Below are positions 48,430 to 60,274 of a stretch of DNA of 60,274 nucleotides, in pieces. The stretch covers positions 68,001,638 through 68,061,911 of the forward strand of contig NC_092370.1 in the NCBI RefSeq assembly GCF_030028105.1, read 5' to 3'. Every line of letters starts with the position of its first letter. Position 1 is the first letter of the stretch. The stretch is from Mobula birostris. Its lineage: Eukaryota. The position numbers were made by a program, and so were the translations under genes. The notes under the pieces were generated by a model. The model was not told the origin of the DNA. It ran no database searches and saw only the letters and a program-made list of their open reading frames with translations.

Positions 48430-49618
48430 ATGTTAAACCCTGGAACACCTGGGCAGCAAAGATGCATACATCAGGATGTTCTTTATCAACTACAACTTGG
48501 CAATCAATAATATCATCCTCTCAAAACTAATCAATAAGTTTGGCATCAATACCTCCTTGTGCAACTGGACCCTCAATTTCCTAACTTCCAGAACCTCACA
48601 GTCAGTTTGTTTTGGTAATAACATCTCCTCCATAATCTCTATTAGCACAGGTGCACCACAAGGCTGTGTGCTTAGCCCCAAGCTCTACTCGCTTTACAAT
48701 TATCACTGTGTGGCTAAGAATGCTCCACTGCCTGTCGAAGGCTGAATCAGACGGCGGTGACAAATCAACATACAGGAGGGAGATTAAAAATCTGGCTGAG
48801 TGTTGCCATAACAACTGCCTCTTACTCAATGTCAGCAAGACCAAGGAGATGATTATTGACTTCTGAAAGAAACCAGTAGTCCATGAGCTAGTCCTCAGCA
48901 AAGGATCAGAGCTGGAGATGGTCAGCAACTTTAAATTCCTCGGAGGACCTGTCCTGGGCCCAGCACATAAGGGCAATTAAAAAGAAAGCACAGTAGCACC
49001 TCTACTTCCTTAGAAGTTCCTATAATTTGATTAACATCTATAGATGTGTGGTGGAGTGTATACTGACTGGCTGCATTATGTCCTGGCATGGAAACACCAA
49101 TGCCATAATATGGAAAATCCTACAAAAGGTTGTGGATATGATACAGTCCATCACGGGCAAAGTTCTTCCCACTGCTGAGCGCATCTACATGGAGCGCTGA
49201 TAGAGGAAAGCAGCATCCATCATCAGGGACCTCCACCACACAGGGCATGCCCTCTTCTCACTACTGCTGCCAGGAAGTCGCTACAAGAGTGGCAGGACTT
49301 TCATCACCAGATTCAGGAACAGTTATTCCCTCTCAATTCATCAGGCTCTTGAACAAAAGTCCCATGACATACAGTACGGACTCACTTTCAAGGACTCTTC
49401 ATCTCATGTTCTTAATATTTATTGCTTACTTATTCATTATTTTTCTTTTTGTATTTGCACTGTTTGTTGTCTTTTGTACACTGGTTGTCTGCCTTGTTAA
49501 TGCCGTCATTCATGGATTCTATTATGGTTTTTGGATTTATTGAGTATGCCCTCAAAAATTGAATCTCAGGGTTGTATATGATGATGTATACGTACTTTAA
49601 TAATAAATTTACTTTGAA
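48430..49618 (+). mobile_element. Rex1/Babar LINE, RT through 3' tail
   Basis: ISTGAPQGCVLSPKLYSLY and LLLNVSKTKEMIIDF; tail aataaatttactttgaac. Confidence 0.9.
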
Positions 49619-49639
49619 CTGCTTATAATAGTGTAATTA

Positions 49640-49950
49640 TTTACATAATTTGCCACCAAGGGTTGGAGGAACAGGTATGTAGACTGATTATGGAAAGGTG
49701 TAGGAACAACTGGATTGTTGTCATAGTGAAGGACTTTAACTTCCCCATTATTGATTGGAACTTCTTTTGTACAAAAGGCTTGATGAAGTGGGATTTCTTG
49801 AGTGCATTCAAGAGGATTTCTTGTGTGTGGAGAATCCAACTCAAGGAGAAAACACACTGAACCCAGTTTTGGGAAAATATGCCAGTCCTAGTGACGGAGC
49901 TGATAGAGTCTGAACATTTTAGGAATGGTGACTATAACTCATTATGTTTC
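49640..49950 (+). mobile_element. CR1 endonuclease fragment
   Basis: IVVIVKDFNFPIIDW. Confidence 0.7.
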
Positions 49951-51006
49951 AAGAGAAAGGATAGTATAGAAGCTCATCTGTTCAATAATTAGCCTCAGAT
50001 TCCTTGAGACCCTTATTTAGTCAACAGTCTCTAATGTAGAGCTTCCTCAAATATTCCTCAAATAGGACGACGTAACCAACATTCAGTTCCTGGAACAGTC
50101 AGCAACAGACTAATCTGAAATCCCTGCTGAGGTTAAATTGATTTGCAATTTTTTTCATTCTCTAACTCTTTAATACCTTTGGATAACAAATATCATGTCA
50201 GGTAATTCCTCAATGGAGACATTCTGATTGATTAACAGCTATTCCAGTCTAGCTAACACGTACATTTCTTTCCAACAGGGGCACACAGTTGTGTGCAAGG
50301 TAACATGGAAACAATCTTATCAAATGCTCAGACAAAAAACATTTTAAGTTATTATTTGTATATTCTATACTGACCACTCTTACAGATCGTTTCACAGACT
50401 CCAGTCTGTGCAAAGGTGTACAGTGAGAAAGATTATAGCAGCATCGGCAGAGATACTTGAAGTGCAGAGGATTACTTTGCCAAATAATGGAGTCTATAGT
50501 TGTTCAGCACAGAAGCAGGCTCTTTTGCTTAACATTTTCATACAACTATAAGTACCTATCTATAATAATCCCATTAATCAGCACTTGGTCCACAGCCTTT
50601 ATTGAATTGCTCATTGGGATTAGTTTTAACTACTGTGAGATCATCCACTTTGATCACCTCAGACAGGACACTCCAGACTCCAGCCATTGTCTGGATGATG
50701 CTTTCCCCCTCAGATCCCTTCAAGTGCTCTTACTTTTCACTTTCAATGTATACCTTCTGCTTTTGGAAGTCGGTATTAAGGAGAAAACTACCCTATTTAT
50801 GTTGCTCAAAATTTTGGTAGTATACCTCAGCCTTCCCTGCTATAAAGTAAACACAGCTAATGTAACTTCTTTGTTAACTGAAATGTTTTAACCCAGGCAA
50901 CATTATTGTAAATCTCTGCAGCCTCTCCAGTGTAACCATGCCCCTCCTTTTGTGTGAGAACTAAAACTGCACACAGTTTTCCAGGTGTAGTTTCATAAAT
51001 TCGTAC

Positions 51007-51655
51007 CATGCCTCTCACCTGGTCCAGGAACACCACTGGGATTGTGAAACGGGCCCAGCAGAGATTGCACTTTCTGAGGAAGCTTAAACAAGCATCACTC
51101 CCCACTAACATCTTAACTACATTCTACAGAGGCGTGGTTGAGAGTGTGCTGACCTTTTGCATCACAACCTGGTACTCCAGCTGCAGTGCTGTCGACAAAA
51201 AAGCCTTGCAGAGGGTGGTTAGGGGAGCAGAGAAGGTCATTGGGGTCTCCAAGACCTCTTTCAGAGTCCATGCCTCCAGAAGACACGGTACATCATTAAA
51301 AACCCCTCACACCCTCTGCATGAACTGTTTGTTCTTCTGCCATCAGGCAAACGTTACAGGAGCGTCAAAACTAAAACCACAAGGCTACTAAACAGCTTCC
51401 TCCCACAGGCAGTCAGACTGCTAAATAGCTGCTCCACCTGACTCTGTTTTGGACACTTTTAACTTGAACTGGACACTTATAACTGATTTTAACTGACATG
51501 TGGCTGTTGTGTTTTACTGTTTATTGTTCTGTTTATTACTTAGTGTTGCATTTGTGATGTTATGATTGCACTGCCCCTGAGAAATGCTGTTCATTCTGCC
51601 CTGCAGAGCTGATGTATGGTTAGAATGACAATAAAGTTTTTTGAATCTTGAATCT
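51007..51655 (+). mobile_element. Relatively young Rex1/Babar 3' end
   Basis: LTWSRNT..IVKRAQQRLHFLRKL...FYRGVVESVLTFCITTWY; tail ttgaatcttgaatct. Confidence 0.92.
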
Positions 51656-52055
51656 GTACCTATATGCTATGGTTCAGATGATTAGCCAGCAACCCATATG
51701 CTCACCTCTCCCCCAAACTTCTTATCAACCTGTGCCCTTAGACCTAGGACCTTCACAAACTGCATCGCTTCACACTGTGCAATTGGAGCAAACAACTTCC
51801 AATTGAATGTTATAGCAGTTTAAGTGTATTAAAAACAAGTTAAAGGTCAATTTGCTACTTTCTTTAGAAGAAACAGTTTCTGTCAAATGAAAATATAACT
51901 GTCAGTATGTAAAAGTGTAAAAACGTTTTCAGTGACATGAAGCTGCTCTAAGTAAGTACAGTCATCAAATTTCTTGAGCAAAGTTTGATCTTAATTCAAG
52001 TTCTTAATTATAAAGATAAGGGGGGACAGTGGGGGGAGGTGGGAGGGAGAGACAT

Positions 52056-52153
52056 AATGAAGGGTCTCGGCCAAAAACATCAACTATACTCTTTTCCATA
52101 GATGCTGCCTGGCCTGCTCAGTTTCTCCAGCATTTTGTGGGTGTTGCATAGAA
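52056..52153 (+). mobile_element. Short Penelope-terminal derivative with broken hammerhead core
   Basis: atgaagggtctcggccaaaaacatcaact...cagcattttgtg; flanked by 8-bp direct repeats AGAGACAT (52048-52055 and 52154-52161). Confidence 0.8.
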
Positions 52154-52639
52154 AGAGACATCTGATGCAACGTTAACAACAGAGGCTTTTTGTGACATCC
52201 GGTAAGAAATTGCATCTGCTAATCAGAATATATTTAATTAGTTGGAATAGCAACTATGAAAATATTAACTTATTACAATAACTACTGATTGCAGTTGCTG
52301 AATAATCCTAATCATGCTCAGTTCTGTCCGGTTTCTGAAAATGAGTCTAAAGCAGAAACAAGGATCCTGAATTACAAAAGTTCCAGCTAATGGTTGTTTA
52401 GATGGTCCATAAAGTTGTGCTATTGACCTGTTGATTAGGCTCATGGCTTGTATGATTTCAACAAAGACTAATGTCAAGCAATCCTGTTGTTCTGGCCCAG
52501 CAGTCTTCTCAATTTTGCTGCAATGTTCCATCTCCCCCCTAACTGTATGAATGCAACTGTTTAACCTTAGACAATTAATCTCCAGAACCAAAGTTATCCA
52601 TACCTCAGTAGTCATGCTGAAAGTACGCAGAAGACACTT

Positions 52640-53402
52640 ACAGTTTCTGGTAAGATGGTGGTCCCAGCAGTTTCTCTGGGTGGAACTAAGGACTTTTTTT
52701 TATGATCGCAAGTTACTGCTGGATATTAAGATCAAGTAGTGCAGGTCTACCCAACAAATGAGTTGCTCGATAGCAGTGGAGCTGGGTTTGTCATGTACCA
52801 TGTCACTGCCTACTACAGCAGCCCAAGATGGACAGCACCAAAAATGGCGTACAGAGGTAGTGCACACTACAAATGATTGTCTTGGACATTGCTAATGTAG
52901 AACAATGCAATTTCATTGATGAGACCAACAATGGGGAAGCTGTGCGGCCTCCATTGTTGCATGGACCAGGCTCATGCGCCAGTTGAACCTGCCCAGGGAA
53001 GGAGACCTCAGAAGTGGTGTGGGAGAGAGCTGGAGTCTGTGCTGGGTTGAGGGCTGGCCCCTCTCAACAGTACAACCCTCCAGTGATTGCTTGGAGAAGG
53101 TCAAGCTGGATTGTGTTCACCTTTGGCTGCACTAGCACACGATGATGGCTGCTGCATGCTCGTTCTTGCAGAAACATGTCTCCAGGACAACATCCCATAC
53201 ACCATTAGTCTACGGGCCATGACACTAAGGGACTTGGGCTCTTTTTTTTTTTGCAACAGCATGTTTTACTGCTAATGTACTATATGTGCCCTGTGCTGTT
53301 TGTGACTGTCGGTACTGCATTTTGTACCATGGCCCCAGAGGAAGCTGTTTCATTTGATTGTACTTGTGTGTACAATTGAATGCCAATCAAACTTGAACTT
53401 GA
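52640..53402 (+). mobile_element. Internally deleted Rex1-like element (5' end, endonuclease relic, 3' tail)
   Basis: 5' TTCTGGTAAGATGGTG; CCMLVLAETCLQDNIP resembles the APE N-terminal ETWL motif; tail aaacttgaacttga. Confidence 0.6.
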
Positions 53403-53859
53403 GCTGTGCACACTTGGAAGCTGAGCTCCATGGTATCATCAACTGAGCACTGACGCACAAGAAACTATAAGCAACCATTCAACAGCCATAACAGAAAGGT
53501 CTTTACAAAACTACCCTTTTGGTAGAACATACCCTCTGAGTATGACATACCCTCTGATAATAATTATGCACGACCTTGAAAAAACATGAGCTACTTTGCA
53601 CATCTTGGGAGCCACTGCTCAGAAAAGGCAATTTGTGAAGGGATTATGTGTATAGATTGAGGAAAAAGGTATTTGAAGATACAGACTTCAGATATGGCTC
53701 ATAGTTTACCATGAGGCAGTGATGCAAGCCTTCCTTTACACTTCCTGCTGAAACCTGAACTCAACCTGAACCAACAATGGCATCGCTCCAAAATCTTCAC
53801 GGGAAGGTAAGTGACCCAACATTAGTTTACTCTCTCATCTCAAGTACTGAGTCACTAGC

Positions 53860-54270
53860 AACATTTACTCAATTCCATTAGACAGTTTATGCTGGACAGA
53901 TTCTATATGAGATTTTTGAAACAGGCACTTGATGCCAAGCTCTGTTAGAGAAAGAGATGGGCACAGTATAACTTTAAAGGATGTGCTCAAAGCTTCTGTG
54001 AAAAATGTAACAGTGCCACAGAGTCTTCTGAATCTCTGGACAGTCATGGAGCAAATGTATTAAGACAGTATTGATATCTCGAATCTACACATCGGTAGTT
54101 CTGAACGCTGGATGGATCACACCACCTTGCAAAACTTCCACCTGTCTTGCCCCTCAGCTACCTTCTGCTCCATCTATGCAGAAGTCTGCACTTCTCACAG
54201 TGGTCTCATTAATCACCTTAAAATCCACAAAACCAGTGGAAGCAAATCATCCTTGAAACCTAGGGAAAAA
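53860..54270 (+). mobile_element. RTE (BovB-like) LINE 3' fragment
   Basis: KDVLKAS relic at about 53977, and a C-terminal zinc-finger relic CSIYAEVCTSHSGLINHLK. Confidence 0.6.
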
Positions 54271-54869
54271 AGGTTAATCATGAATGTTTGAAAAATGGCT
54301 AGACACAGTCATATTTTTCAGGGATTCTTATGATGCAGAATGATTATCCGAGAAATTGAGCTTTATTATGTCTGGTATAAAGTGCCAGAAGTGCAAGGCA
54401 ATTATACAAGAATCTATTTAACATCATCATGAGGATTTGGAGGAGCAGTGAGCGATCCTAAAGGCAGTGAATGAGCCAAGGAGTTCCAATCGTTAAACAA
54501 AAACAATGGACTTATAAGTCCTCAAATCAACAGAAACACAGGCGCAGATTGTATTATACTTTCCAAACACCCACTTAAAATGCTGTGTACTCCGGACAGG
54601 CAAAGTTGCCTGTCAAGAGGCAGTGGCAGAAAATTACTTACAGTTTGCTTGTATGTAGCTTGAATTTTTTTTTTTTTTTTTTTACACAAGAACAAAAGAC
54701 AAAATTGTGCCTGGAAATAATACCAAGAGATGTTCAATTACAGTGAATATGTTTTCCTCTTAACCAGGGGAAGGCAACATTTATCTAAGAATCTGAAAGA
54801 CTTAGATATGCAGTAGATTGCACCTTACTTTATCTTCTTTCCCTTTCAGGAACATTCTAAGGCATCGCA

Positions 54870-55312
54870 GAAACATAGATAACCTACAGCACAATACAGG
54901 CCCTTCAACCAACAAAGCTGTGCCGAACATGTCCTTACCTTAGAAATTACCTAGGGTTACCAATAACCCTCTATTTTTATGAGCTCCTTGTACCTGTCCA
55001 GGAGTTTCTTAAAAGACACCATCGTATCCACCTCCAGCACCGTTGCTGGCAGCCCATTCCATGCACTCACCACTCTCTGCGTAAAAAAGACTTACCCCTG
55101 ATATCTCCTCTGTCCCTACTTCCAAGCACCTTAAAACTGTGCCCTCTTGTGCCAGCCATTTCAGCCCGGGGAAAAAGCCTCTGACTATCCACATGATCAA
55201 TGCCTCTCATCATCTTATACACCTCTATCAGGTCACCTCTCATCCTCTGTCGCTCCAAGGAAAACCCTATTCTCATGAGGCATGCTCCCCAATCCAGGCA
55301 ACAGCCTTGTAA
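54870..55312 (-). mobile_element. CR1 3' end
   Basis: RMRGDLIEVYKMMRG...TRGHSFKV; same subfamily as 25741-26490. Confidence 0.9.
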
Positions 55313-56699
55313 ATTTATATAACAAATAAATAGTTTGACATGCAATGACCTGGAAGTAAGCAAAGAATCACCAAAAATAATATGGTATAGGACATCATCG
55401 CTGTACTAGCTCGTTAAAATATCCATTACTTTTATTCATCCCCTAAAGCTCGAAAAATTTTTCCACTCTTTAAACATGCACCCACTTTTCTTTAGGTGCC
55501 GCACCCTATGTAAACAAATGAATATATGATTATTGGTTCTAATTGAAAGCCATGATTTCTAATCCATTTGTTATTGTAAATGTTTTTTGTATTATTTATT
55601 CTATCAAATTCATTTTTTCCTTTTCTCAAATATTCCCTTAATCTTCTTCGCACCATGGAGAACAACTCTAGTTTCCCAGTCTCTCAATGCAATTGCAGCC
55701 TTTATCTCTAGTACTATTCTAGTAAATTTTTTCTGTACCCCTTCTGAAACTGTACATACCCAAACTGCATGGAGCATAATCTACAGCTTTCCTTCAGGTA
55801 AGAGCTTGATGGAGTGTGGAGGGGAGAAGGAGGTTGATGGGTGCTTTGTGGCTTGAGACCAGAATTTAATAGATGATGGGGCTGTGGTCAAAGGTAAATT
55901 TTCCCTACCAGCTGTTAGCATGATTGACATTAAGGGCATTGTCAGTCACACCAGCTTTCACAAGGCAACGCCACAAATTGCAGACCCAAGGAAATTAACA
56001 GCTAGCGTACAGCTTATCACAAATGCAGAGGTGCTGATCACTTAATTTAATTACAAAATAGGTCGCATTTATGACCTACCATCTTGCCAGATGGAAAACT
56101 CAAAAATGAAATATCACATGTTGGTAGCACTGATAATGTTTAAGAACCTTTGTCGACATGATATAGCATATTTTACTTTCAGTGTTGAAGTGGCTTTGAG
56201 GGAACATAAATGCAGGGCACATGGATAATAATTTGGGGGCAATCAATTTAGCCATTATACAATGATAGATGTTGTAAACCAAAACATTAATCTTCAGAAA
56301 ACTAGTGCAATGAAAAACATGTCATGGGAGCAGAGTAAGGGCTTCTCTTTATTCACCTTCTAGCTCAAGGCACTGGATACAAAATGTTAGATATGATAGA
56401 TATATTTATCATGTAAATAATTATAATAACTCAAATACTTTGTGTACACATTATTATGAACTTAAATACATGTGAAATTGAAAAGAAAACTACAGAAAAA
56501 TGATGCATTTCAGATAAAAATATGTTAGCATTCAAATGCAGTAACAATAGGTTTGCAAGTAGATGATGCTTTTGTGTAAAAATAAAATTCCAAGGTGTTT
56601 ACTAAAGAATAAATAGAAAAACCAATGAGAGCTTAGCAAAGGAAGGAGATCTCTGAATGGTTGATTGAAAGATTGATCAAGACGACAACTTCTAAAAAA

Positions 56700-57446
56700 C
56701 ATTTTTGAAGGAGCCAGAAGTGCAGAGCTGAAGAACTGTTGAAGTGTATATTTTGTGTGCCTATCTGTGACAGCGTATGAAAGTCACAAATATTGTTCCT
56801 GCATGATCGGTCACTCTTTATGGAAGGACTGAGCTGGATTCTGCTGTGGAGGATGTTTTTGAAATTCTTAGAATTGTGACTATTGGAGTGTAGTTTATAT
56901 TGCTCTCCTTCAGTTTTCTGTGTTTTGTTTCTTGTTGCCAATTGGTGGGTTGGGGTTCTGAGTGAGTGACATGTTAGTTTTTGAGAGAGACAGGGGTTGG
57001 GGATTTGGGGTCTAATGTTTGTGTTGGTTCTCTGTGGGTGATCTTTTAATTTTTGTGCATGAGAGTGTGTTTAGAGGTCTGATGTTATTGTTGTACATTT
57101 TTGCCAGGGAGAGAGTTGGGGGTTTGATGTTACTGTTGCTGTTGATTTTTGCGAGGGAGGGGGTTTGATGTTATTTTCACTGTTTTTTGTGAGGGAGGGA
57201 ATTGGAGGTTTGATGTTTGGTGTTCCAGCTCTTGTTTTCCATGTGGGCGATCTGTCAGCTTTTGTGTGAGAGAAGGAGTGGGGGGGGGGGTGTTCTTTTT
57301 CCTTTTTATTTAGGGAGGGGGTTGCTGTCTGTTCTTTCAATGGCTTCTGTAGTTGTTTTTCTGCATTTCATGGCTATCCGGGAAAGACGAATATCAGAGT
57401 TGTATTGTGCATGCATACATCGAGAATAAAATGAACCTTTGAAGTT
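56700..57446 (+). mobile_element. G/T-rich non-coding retroposon with a Rex1-like tail
   Basis: Ends gaatatcagagttgtattgtgc...aataaaatgaacctttgaa; 5' boundary uncertain. Confidence 0.45.
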
Positions 57447-57884
57447 TAAATTCATTTGAATTTGCAAGCAATTGATGAGTCTTTCATGTGACTTCTACAG
57501 CCAAAAATTTTGAAACCTTTGTAAATAGTCATTACATTGGTAGCTTCAAAATATGGAACTGACTGCTGTGTCCCACTAGTATAGTTGGATATTTTGTATG
57601 AAGTGAGAATAAATGAATAAAATTATGTATAATAATAAAATTAATTACAAGACAGCTTTATCTTAGCCAGCTGGTCCCTAATGTAATGATGAATCTTAAC
57701 TACGCACACTCCATCAACAGACCTGGCATTCCTGCTGTTCTAGTTTCCTGTGGAAATACAGCCTGTGAAGCTACTTTGATCATAACTATTTTTAGAGTGC
57801 ACAGTAATATACTATGTTTGCATTCTGTAGTATTTAGATAATTAAAACTAAGATATAGGCAGGGCCAAATCTATAGACACTAGC

Positions 57885-58164
57885 CTATGGTAGTGTTGTG
57901 ATTAGCATGATGCTATTTCAGTTCAGGGCGTTCCAGACTTTAGGTTCAATTCTGGTGCCATTCCATAAGGAGCTTCTGTATGTCCTCCCTGTGGCTTTTC
58001 CCAGGTGCTCTGGTTTCCTCCCACCGTCCAAAGATGTATTGGGTAGTAGGTCAATTGGTCATTGTAAATTGTCCTGTGATTAGGTGAGGGTTAATCGGGG
58101 TTGTGGGGTTCCTGCAGTGGTGTGACTCAAAGGGCTGAAGGGCTGTGTCACTAAATAAATAAAT
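57885..58164 (+). mobile_element. tRNA-derived V-SINE (HE1-like)
   Basis: B box ggttcaattc, V-domain, and (TAAA)n tail. Confidence 0.82.
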
Positions 58165-58607
58165 TCGTACATACACTGTATTAAGGGATTTCTGAATGAA
58201 GCAAGGCTATTTTTAGTAATATTACCATGATGCAAACTAACTTCTTGTACCACGCTCAATAATAACCGCAGCCTATATATGGATCCACATGTGATAATAT
58301 ACAAGTCACTTATGACTTTTCTGCATGCATTTTTAATCGCTAAACCATCATCTTATAGATAGAAAATCAACACTAAATACTTGTGATCTACGTCATGGCT
58401 GATTAGGAGGTCAGCAAGTCGAGACACTGGATTTAAGTTTTTGGAAAGGCTATTGATAATTGGTAAATGGTATTTGGTTAATTATCATCACATGTACCGT
58501 TGTACAGTGAAAAAACTTTACTTTTGCATGCAATCCATATAGATTATTTCACATCAGTACATTGAGGTAGAACAAGGGAAAAGCCAAAGGAGAGTGCAGA
58601 ATATAGT

Positions 58608-58802
58608 AAGCACAAGAGATTCTGCAGATGCTGGAAATCCAGAGCAATACACAAAATGCTGGAGGAACTCAGCAGGTCTATGGAGAGGAATAAACAGTTT
58701 TTTTTTCCAACTGGGGCCCTTCATCAGGATTGCAAAGAAGGTGGAAGAAGCCAGAATATGAAGGTGGGGAGAGGGGAGGGAGTACAAACTGGCAGGTGAT
58801 AG
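58608..58802 (-). mobile_element. Penelope-terminal derivative nested in a LINE tail
   Basis: Minus strand CAATC-CTGATGA-AGGGCCCCAGTTG-GAAAAAAAA; flanked by GCA(G/C)AATATAGT direct repeats (58596-58607 and 58803-58814). Confidence 0.8.
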
Positions 58803-59074
58803 GCACAATATAGTGTAACAGTTGCAGAGAAAGTTACAGTGCAAGTAGAAATTATGGGGTAAGGTCATAATGAGGTAAATCATGAGGTGAGGAGTCCATC
58901 TCATCATCCAAGAAGTCTGTTCAATAGTCTTTGATTTGATGAACTTTGTTATAGAGTGCAATTATTCATACTTTGTTCACTAGACTTAAGTTGAAGATAC
59001 TTTATTTTTGGCACTTGTCAACAATATCCAATTGTATATTGTGATTTGTGCATCATCTTTAAAGCTTTGTCCTC

Positions 59075-60165
59075 CTGGAGTTTGAGTAGAGGATTGGGTA
59101 ACTGGCAGGAGGTAAAGAGTGGGAAACATGGACTGTTTCAGGTTGGGTGCTTATGACTAGTGGTGTACTGCAGGTATCAGTTTTGGGACTGCTTCTTTTC
59201 ATGTTATATGTTAATGAATTGGATGATGAAATTGATGGATTTGTGGCCAAGTTGCAGATGATACAAAGATAAGTGGAGGGACTGGTACTATTGTGGAAGC
59301 AACGAGTCTGTATAGGGACTTAAGGTGGATTAGTAAAATGGGCGAAGAAGTGGCAGATGGTATACAGTGTAGGGAAGTACATGTTCATGCACTTTTGTAG
59401 AAGGAATAAAGGCATGCACTATTTTCTAAATGAAGAACAAATTCAGAAATCAGAGGTGCAAAGGAACTTGGGTGTCCTCATACAGGATTCCCTAAAGGTT
59501 AACTGGCAGGTTGAGTCAGTGGTAAGGAAGGCAAATGCAATTTTGATGTTCATTTTGAGAGAACAAGTATATACAGTAAAAGGATGGAATGGTGAGGTTT
59601 TATAAAGCACTGGTCAGACTGCACTTGATGTATCATGAGCAGCTTTGGGCCCCTTACCTAGAAAGGATGTGCTGGCATTGGAGAAGGCCCAGAGGAGATT
59701 CAGAGCATGACCCTGGGAATGAAAGGGTATGAGGAGCATTTCAGGACTCTGATTTTGTACTTGTTAGAGTTTAGAAGAATGAGTGGGATCCCAATTAAAT
59801 CTACCAAATGTTGAAAGACCGAGACAGATGAAAGTGGAGAAGATGTTTCCTATAGTGGGGGAGTCAAGGACCAGTCTACCGAATAGAAGAACACCCCTTT
59901 AGAACAGAGATGATGAGGAATTTCTTTAGCCAGAGGGTGGTGAAACTGTGGAATTTGCTGTGGATGGGTATATTTCATTGGGTATATTTGAAGTGGAGGT
60001 TGATAGGTTCTTGATTCGTGAGGCCATCAAAGGTTATGGGAAGAAGACAGGAGAATGGGGTTGAGGGATAATAAGTTAGCCATGATGGATGGCGGAGCAG
60101 ACTCAATGGATTGAATGACCTAATTTTGTTCCTATGTCTTGCTTGTATGTCTTATGGTCTTATAG
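59075..60165 (+). mobile_element. CR1 LINE, RT through 3' tail
   Basis: Degenerate GVxQ.SVLG motif, QRNLGVLIQDSLKV..QVESVVRKAN, and tail tatgtcttatggtcttat. Confidence 0.9.
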
Positions 60166-60274
60166 TCTACAGTTGCAGCCTGTTCTACAATACTTTCTTA
60201 ATAATTTCTCCACCAGAATATGAATAAATTTCTGAACTTTAGAACTCTGTTCTCTTGTTCTCTCAGCCTTCTTC

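Noticed and set aside
26945-60274. Upstream MMP16 exon (hinge region, ...NICDGNF...REMFVFK)
   Set aside because: I found no matching minus-strand sequence by eye; it is probably beyond the window end. A tblastn search would settle this.

Overview
Vertebrate genomic DNA, most likely a cartilaginous fish (ray or shark, inferred from HE1/V-SINE-like SINEs plus dense CR1, Rex1 and Penelope repeats). The window lies inside a minus-strand MMP16 (MT3-MMP) gene. Three hemopexin-domain exons are clear, with GT-AG borders and compatible phases: 26944-26806, 16369-16219 and 142-27, equivalent to human exons 7-9. The rest is intron and largely transposon-derived: a young but internally collapsed Gmr1-type Gypsy LTR element (4576-9412, ATCT TSD, tRNA-Pro-like PBS), many CR1 and Rex1/Babar LINE fragments, a Penelope element with its short derivatives carrying minimal hammerhead-ribozyme motifs, tRNA-derived SINEs, an unclassified TIR element with a 6-bp TSD, and a 96-nt near-perfect hairpin. 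The best candidates for follow-up are the short hammerhead-bearing (retrozyme-like) inserts, the condensed non-autonomous LTR element, the triple-TIR element and the hairpin. Boundaries of old repeats are approximate and family names come from motif recognition, not a database search.
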